DNA of 64,000 nucleotides from Bryobacterales bacterium (GTDB taxonomy: Bacteria > Acidobacteriota > Terriglobia > Bryobacterales > UBA6623). Below are positions 59,502 through 64,000 of the stretch, piece after piece. The position numbers and the translations under genes were made by a program. The notes under the pieces were generated by a model. It was not told the DNA's origin. It made no database searches and saw nothing but the letters and a program-made list of their open reading frames with translations. The DNA lies in NCBI GenBank assembly GCA_965248235.1, contig CBDFIU010000003.1, forward strand, positions 1,299,573 to 1,363,572, written 5' to 3'. Numbering within the stretch: the stretch's first letter is position 1; each line of letters starts with the position of its first letter.

Positions 59502-60860
59502 TTACAGCAAAGGCATGACCGTGCTCAAGAACAAGGTCATCGCGAAACCGCCGAGCCCCATCGCCGCCAGGCATACGGTCTTCGTCTTGAGCGACTCGAT
59601 TTCCGTCAGCCCTGTCATGGTCCGGTAAACCCAGAATCCGCTGTCATTCATCCAGACGCCGACGAGCGCGCCCGACCCGACCGCCATCAATATATAAACT
59701 GGATGATAGCCGAGCGACACTCCCTCGATCATGGGGGCCAAAATAGCGGCGCTGGTGATCATACACACCGTACCGGAGCCCTGCGCGATCTTGAACAAAA
59801 TCGCCAGCAGGAAACCGAGCAGCAGCATGGGCACGCCGAACTCCGACGCCAACTCGCCGATCGCATCGCCAACGCCGGCGAGCATCAGCATGCCGCCAAA
59901 CGCCCCGCCTCCGGCCGTGATCAAGATGATTACGCCGGCCGAGGTAATCGCCTGCTCAATCGGCTTCGCCAGCGCGGATAGGGTGAGGCCTTTTTGCCGC
60001 GCCAAAATCCACACCGAAACCGCGGCGGATAAAAGGAGCGCAAAGCTCGGGTTGCCGAGAAAGCCGGTGAGCGCGACGAGATCGTTGCCGAGCGAGAACG
60101 AATCCGCCAAGGTGTTCGAGGCGATCAGGAAGACCGGAATGATGATCGGGGCCATCGAGATCCAAAACGCAGGCAACTCGTTCTCGGGCCGAACGGCGGT
60201 CTTTTCAAGCTCCGCCAACGTGAGCCCGGGAGCTTCGCGCAGCGGCAGGTTCAGTTTACGGTCGATGTAGACGCTGTAGAGCCAACCGCAAAACGATGCC
60301 GGAGCGGCAACCAACAGGCCCACAAGGATGACCGTGCCTAAGTCAAGGTTCAGCGTGGCGGCCATCGCCAACGGACCGGGCGTCGGCGGGACGAAGACAT
60401 GGGTGGCCGAGCCGCCGGCTCCGATCGCCAGGGCATAGAGTGTGAAATTCTTCCCGCCCATTCGCACGCTCATGGCGCGGGCCAGCGGGATCAGCAGGTA
60501 AAAGACGGTGTCGGAAAACACCGGCACGGCCAATACGTAACCGCTGATCACCAGCGAAAGCGACGAGTATTTTTCGCCCAACAACGAGACAAAGCTTCGC
60601 GTGATGCGGTCCGCCGCGCCGCTTTCCATCAGGCATTGCCCAATAACGGCCGCCATCGCGATCGCCACGCCGATGCGGCCGACCACATTTCCGAAACGCC
60701 CGCCCACTTCGCTCATCACTTCGTTGAGAGCAATCTGGGGCGATAGGATACCGATCAAAATCGCCGCCGTCACCAACGCCACGAAAGCGTTGATCTTGAG
60801 CCGAATGATCAACAAGAAGATGACCGCGACGGCGATGAGGAGGATGACGATAGGATGCAT
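59502..60860 (-). CDS. GntP family gluconate:H+ symporter
   Basis: KINAFVAL, VPPTPGP, ITAGGGAFG, KIAQGSGTV and MNDSGFWV. Confidence 0.92.
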   Translation of the reverse strand: MHPIVILLIAVAVIFLLIIRLKINAFVALVTAAILIGILSPQIALNEVMSEVGGRFGNVVGRIGVAIAMAAVIGQCLMESGAADRITRSFVSLLGEKYSSLSLVISGYVLAVPVFSDTVFYLLIPLARAMSVRMGGKNFTLYALAIGAGGSATHVFVPPTPGPLAMAATLNLDLGTVILVGLLVAAPASFCGWLYSVYIDRKLNLPLREAPGLTLAELEKTAVRPENELPAFWISMAPIIIPVFLIASNTLADSFSLGNDLVALTGFLGNPSFALLLSAAVSVWILARQKGLTLSALAKPIEQAITSAGVIILITAGGGAFGGMLMLAGVGDAIGELASEFGVPMLLLGFLLAILFKIAQGSGTVCMITSAAILAPMIEGVSLGYHPVYILMAVGSGALVGVWMNDSGFWVYRTMTGLTEIESLKTKTVCLAAMGLGGFAMTLFLSTVMPLL

Positions 60861-61337
60861 GAAGGTCGGCCCAGAAATTGTAGCAGGAGGGTGACGTGTC
60901 TCGGGCGGCGCGGAAGAGTTGGCGTATCCGCTTTCACCGCTTCATCTGTCGGGCACAATCTCAAGTCATTCGCCTAAGGTTCGAAAGCGCGTTTTGTCGA
61001 CATATCATTCGCAAGAAATAGCGCATGTTGACGACTGTTCAGCACCGTTGTCGGAGCGTTCCCGCAGGCTTGACATTCCATAGTGCATATGGTTTACTGA
61101 ATGCGCTCTCGACCCTGCTGTCAGTGGCTTTTGCCCCTCGAAGAGTTCGCGATAGAGCAAACTCTGATCCGCTTGATTGCGTGGGTTGTTTCTCCGCTGA
61201 GTGATTTGCGCGCCGTGTTGGCGGGCGGGGCGCTCGGATAAGAGGGGGGGGCGCAACTCTGTCGGAAAACGAATCACAAACCAACGGCATGGCGGCGGCG
61301 AGCCGGCCGGTCGCGGAACCAAAGGGAGGCTGAGCTT

Positions 61338-62732
61338 TTGACGACTGAACTGGGGTATGGCCGTTACCAAGCCGTAACGGAGCACAACGTAGAGCGGGAA
61401 CCGGAATGGGAAAGAATCGATCCGCGGCTGCGGCAAGGCATTCGCGTGGTGTCGAAAGTTCTGCCGTTTCGGACCAACCGCTACGTGACCCGCGAGCTCA
61501 TCGATTGGAACAATCTACCGAACGACCCCATGTTCCAGTTGGTTTTCCCCCAACGAGGGATGCTCTCGCCGGAACAGTTCAGCACCGTTCAACATCTCCT
61601 CAAGAAGGATTCCCCCTCCGACGAACTGAATCAAGTCGTCCATTCCATTCGCTCAAAACTGAATCCCCACCCCGCCGGGCAGCTTACCCACAATGTCCCG
61701 ACCCTCAACGGACGGCAGCTTCACGGATTGCAGCATAAATATGAAAGAACAGTGCTGTTTTTCCCGGCGCAAGGGCAGACCTGCCACGCTTATTGCACCT
61801 ACTGTTTCCGCTGGGCGCAGTTCGTCGGCACGCCCGAGATCAAGTTCGAGGCGCGCGACACCGAAGACCTCGTCGCTTACTTGAAAGCTCATCCCTCGGT
61901 GACGGACGTTCTGGTCACCGGCGGGGACCCGATGGTGATGAAGACGCACGTGCTGCGCAAATACATTGAGCCGTTGCTGGGGCCGGGCCTCGATCATCTG
62001 CAAAACATCCGTATCGGAACCAAAGCCCCCGCCTATTGGCCGCAGCGCTTTGTGACCGACGACGACGCCGATGACTGCCTGCGCTTATTCGAGGAAATCG
62101 TCGCGGCCGGCAAACATTTGGCGGTGATGGGGCATTACAGTCATCCGTGTGAGTTGGGTCCCGAGATCGCGAAACGCGCGGTGGCGAGGATTCGCGGCAC
62201 CGGCGCGCAGGTTCGCATGCAGGCGCCGTTGATTCGCCATGTCAATGACGATGCCGGAGCATGGGCGGAGTTGTGGCGCGAAGGCGTCAAGTTGGGGATG
62301 ATTCCCTATTACATGTTCATCGAGCGGGACACCGGCGCGCGCGGTTATTTCGAGGTCCCGTTGGCACGCTGCTACGAGATCTTTCGTGACGCCTTCCAGC
62401 AGGTATCCGGTTTGGCGCGAACCGTGCGGGGACCGTCAATGTCGGCCTTCCCCGGGAAGGTTAGAGTCGTCGGTATTTCCGAAATCCACGGTGAAAAGGT
62501 GTTTGTCCTGGAGCTGATTCAGGCCCGCGACGGGCGGCATGCCAACCGTCCGTTCTTCGCGCGCTACGATCCGGCGGCGACTTGGTTCGATCAATTGCGG
62601 CCGGCGTTCGGTGAATCGCGATTCTTCTTCGAGCTGGAGGAGACACACGTCAACGGCTACAACGGGATCAAGAGACCGCCGGACATGGCCGGCTTCACAA
62701 ACGGCCACGGAATCAGCGTCGCTGGGGACTAG
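61338..62732 (+). CDS. KamA-family radical SAM aminomutase
   Basis: CHAYCTYCFRW, DVLVTGGDP, RIGTK, QAPLIRHVND, IPYYMF and SAFPGKV. Confidence 0.88.
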   Translation: MTTELGYGRYQAVTEHNVEREPEWERIDPRLRQGIRVVSKVLPFRTNRYVTRELIDWNNLPNDPMFQLVFPQRGMLSPEQFSTVQHLLKKDSPSDELNQVVHSIRSKLNPHPAGQLTHNVPTLNGRQLHGLQHKYERTVLFFPAQGQTCHAYCTYCFRWAQFVGTPEIKFEARDTEDLVAYLKAHPSVTDVLVTGGDPMVMKTHVLRKYIEPLLGPGLDHLQNIRIGTKAPAYWPQRFVTDDDADDCLRLFEEIVAAGKHLAVMGHYSHPCELGPEIAKRAVARIRGTGAQVRMQAPLIRHVNDDAGAWAELWREGVKLGMIPYYMFIERDTGARGYFEVPLARCYEIFRDAFQQVSGLARTVRGPSMSAFPGKVRVVGISEIHGEKVFVLELIQARDGRHANRPFFARYDPAATWFDQLRPAFGESRFFFELEETHVNGYNGIKRPPDMAGFTNGHGISVAGD

Positions 62733-62795
62733 ACGGCCGGGCCGGCACCGCTTCCATACTTGGATTCCGTCGGTCTAATTGGTTTAACGTTCCGG

Positions 62796-62825
62796 TTGAC
62801 AACCCGCCCGGAACTGACCTAGCAT
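62796..62825 (+). promoter_or_regulatory. sigma70-type promoter upstream of nuoA
   Basis: TTGACA, 18 nt, TAGCAT. Confidence 0.5.
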
Positions 62826-62873
62826 CGAAGTTCCATCCGGCCTCGGCCAACGCCTCGGAACGGAAATCAAAAT

Positions 62874-63230
62874 ATGCCTCGTGGGTACATCCCGATTCTG
62901 TTGTTTCTGGCTCTCGCCGCGGCTTTCCCGATTGTGACCATCATGGTCGCCAAGCTGGTGCGGCCGAGCGCGCCGAACAAGGTCAAACTCGAGGCCTATG
63001 AATGCGGCATCCCTACCGACAGCGATACGCGGGGCCGTTATTCGATCCGTTTCTACTTGGTGGCGATTCTCTTCGTCATCTTCGATGTCGAAACGATCTT
63101 TCTGCTGCCTTGGGCGATTCAGTACGACATGTTGGGGTTTTTCGGCTTCGTCGAAATGATGGTCTTTCTGGCCATCCTCATCGTGGGTTACGTTTGGATC
63201 CTTCGCCAGGGCGCCCTCAAGTGGGTCTAG
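62874..63230 (+). CDS. nuoA: NADH-quinone oxidoreductase subunit A (stand-alone)
   Basis: KLEAYECG, FYLVAILFVIFDVETIFLLPWA and GALKW. Confidence 0.93.
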   Translation: MPRGYIPILLFLALAAAFPIVTIMVAKLVRPSAPNKVKLEAYECGIPTDSDTRGRYSIRFYLVAILFVIFDVETIFLLPWAIQYDMLGFFGFVEMMVFLAILIVGYVWILRQGALKWV

Positions 63231-63264
63231 CCCGGCCCCTCGTCACGGTCGCGCAACCGCGCCC

Positions 63265-63732
63265 TTACAGCACCGTAAAGGCGTCCACAATCAGGCGTGT
63301 CGATTCGTTGAAGATAACGGCTCGGCCTTCGATGAAACCGCGCCGCAAGCCCTTTTTCAGGCGCGGAAGACGCCGCTCGATGTCAGCGGGAAAAGCCTGG
63401 ATCCGTTTTTCGAGTCCCGGCGGCAAACGTCCGTTGCGCTGGAGTTGCTTTTCGAGCCCCGGAGGAAGGCTGCCGCCGCGTTTGGCGAGCCCCGGGGGCA
63501 GGCCGGCTGACGGACCGCGATAGTGCCCGCGAATCAACTCGCGGTCGCCGGTTGAAAAGATATCGACATCGACCGCGATGCCGTCGCTGGAGCGTCCGGA
63601 GGCTCCTTGCGAGGAGACCGCACTGTTACCGCGGCCCTTGCCCTTCCCTTTGGCTTTGCGCTTGCCTTGGGCCGCGATCGCCGGCGAGCCAAGCAGCAAC
63701 CCTATCGTTAGGGCGAAAATCAGGAAACGCAT
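63265..63732 (-). CDS. secreted protein with LPPGL repeats
   Basis: Signal peptide, a basic Lys/Gly stretch and repeated LPPGLAK / LPPGLEK. Confidence 0.72.
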   Translation of the reverse strand: MRFLIFALTIGLLLGSPAIAAQGKRKAKGKGKGRGNSAVSSQGASGRSSDGIAVDVDIFSTGDRELIRGHYRGPSAGLPPGLAKRGGSLPPGLEKQLQRNGRLPPGLEKRIQAFPADIERRLPRLKKGLRRGFIEGRAVIFNESTRLIVDAFTVL

Positions 63733-63774
63733 TGGACCCTCCTTGAGGATTCGGCACGTGCCGAATCGCCCGGC

Positions 63775-64000
63775 TTAGCGCTCGATCGTCACCGGCTCGG
63801 TCAACTGAAACGTGATGACCTTCTCGCTGCCGATGACCGCCGCGTCGCCGCGAGTGGTCACGACAGCCGCGGTTCCGGCGCCCGCTCCGGCTCCGGCGCC
63901 AATCGCGGCGCCCTTGCCGCCTCCGACAATCGCGCCCACGGCGGCGCCGATCCCGCTCGCAATGCCGACTTTCTTGGCGTCCTTCTTTTTGCTCGATTGG
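63775..64000 (-). CDS. glycine-zipper protein, 3' part
   Basis: KKDAKKVGIASGIGAAVGAIVGGGKGAAIGAGAGAG...ITFQLTEPVTIER*. Confidence 0.72.
   Translation of the reverse strand, partial: QSSKKKDAKKVGIASGIGAAVGAIVGGGKGAAIGAGAGAGAGTAAVVTTRGDAAVIGSEKVITFQLTEPVTIER

Noticed and set aside
60900-61337. Riboswitch in the aminomutase leader
   Set aside because: I could not match lysine, SAM, cobalamin or c-di-GMP aptamer consensus features by eye. An Rfam scan would be needed.

Overview
A GC-rich bacterial window, probably from the Acidobacteriota. That placement is an inference from the tandem acidobacterial-type VWA genes, the TPR plus ASPIC/UnbV pair, the DUF1553/DUF1501 pair and the rimO-yacG-pgpA-cinA cluster. 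The first 7.5 kb is a layered mosaic of mobile elements: the lysis/packaging edge of a Mu-like prophage, a truncated Tn3-type resolvase with a 38-bp IR, an IS21 remnant, an intact IS110 with unusually long (37-bp) terminal inverted repeats, a long hairpin, a Phd-VapC toxin-antitoxin pair and a ParA/ParG partition pair. The rest is mostly chromosomal: kdsA, pyrG, a Rieske/cytochrome b-cc complex, ccmE, kdsB, rimO, cinA, peptidases, a sulfatase, GntP, a KamA-type radical SAM and nuoA. It is interrupted by a mini-Tn3, three IS1595 copies, an IS4 and a 177-bp MITE. Several accessory genes are broken (three surface-polysaccharide genes, an M23-FN3 protein, a membrane protein), while the housekeeping genes are intact. 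No CRISPR array, rRNA or tRNA was found. All protein family calls come from motif recognition by eye; no database search was run.
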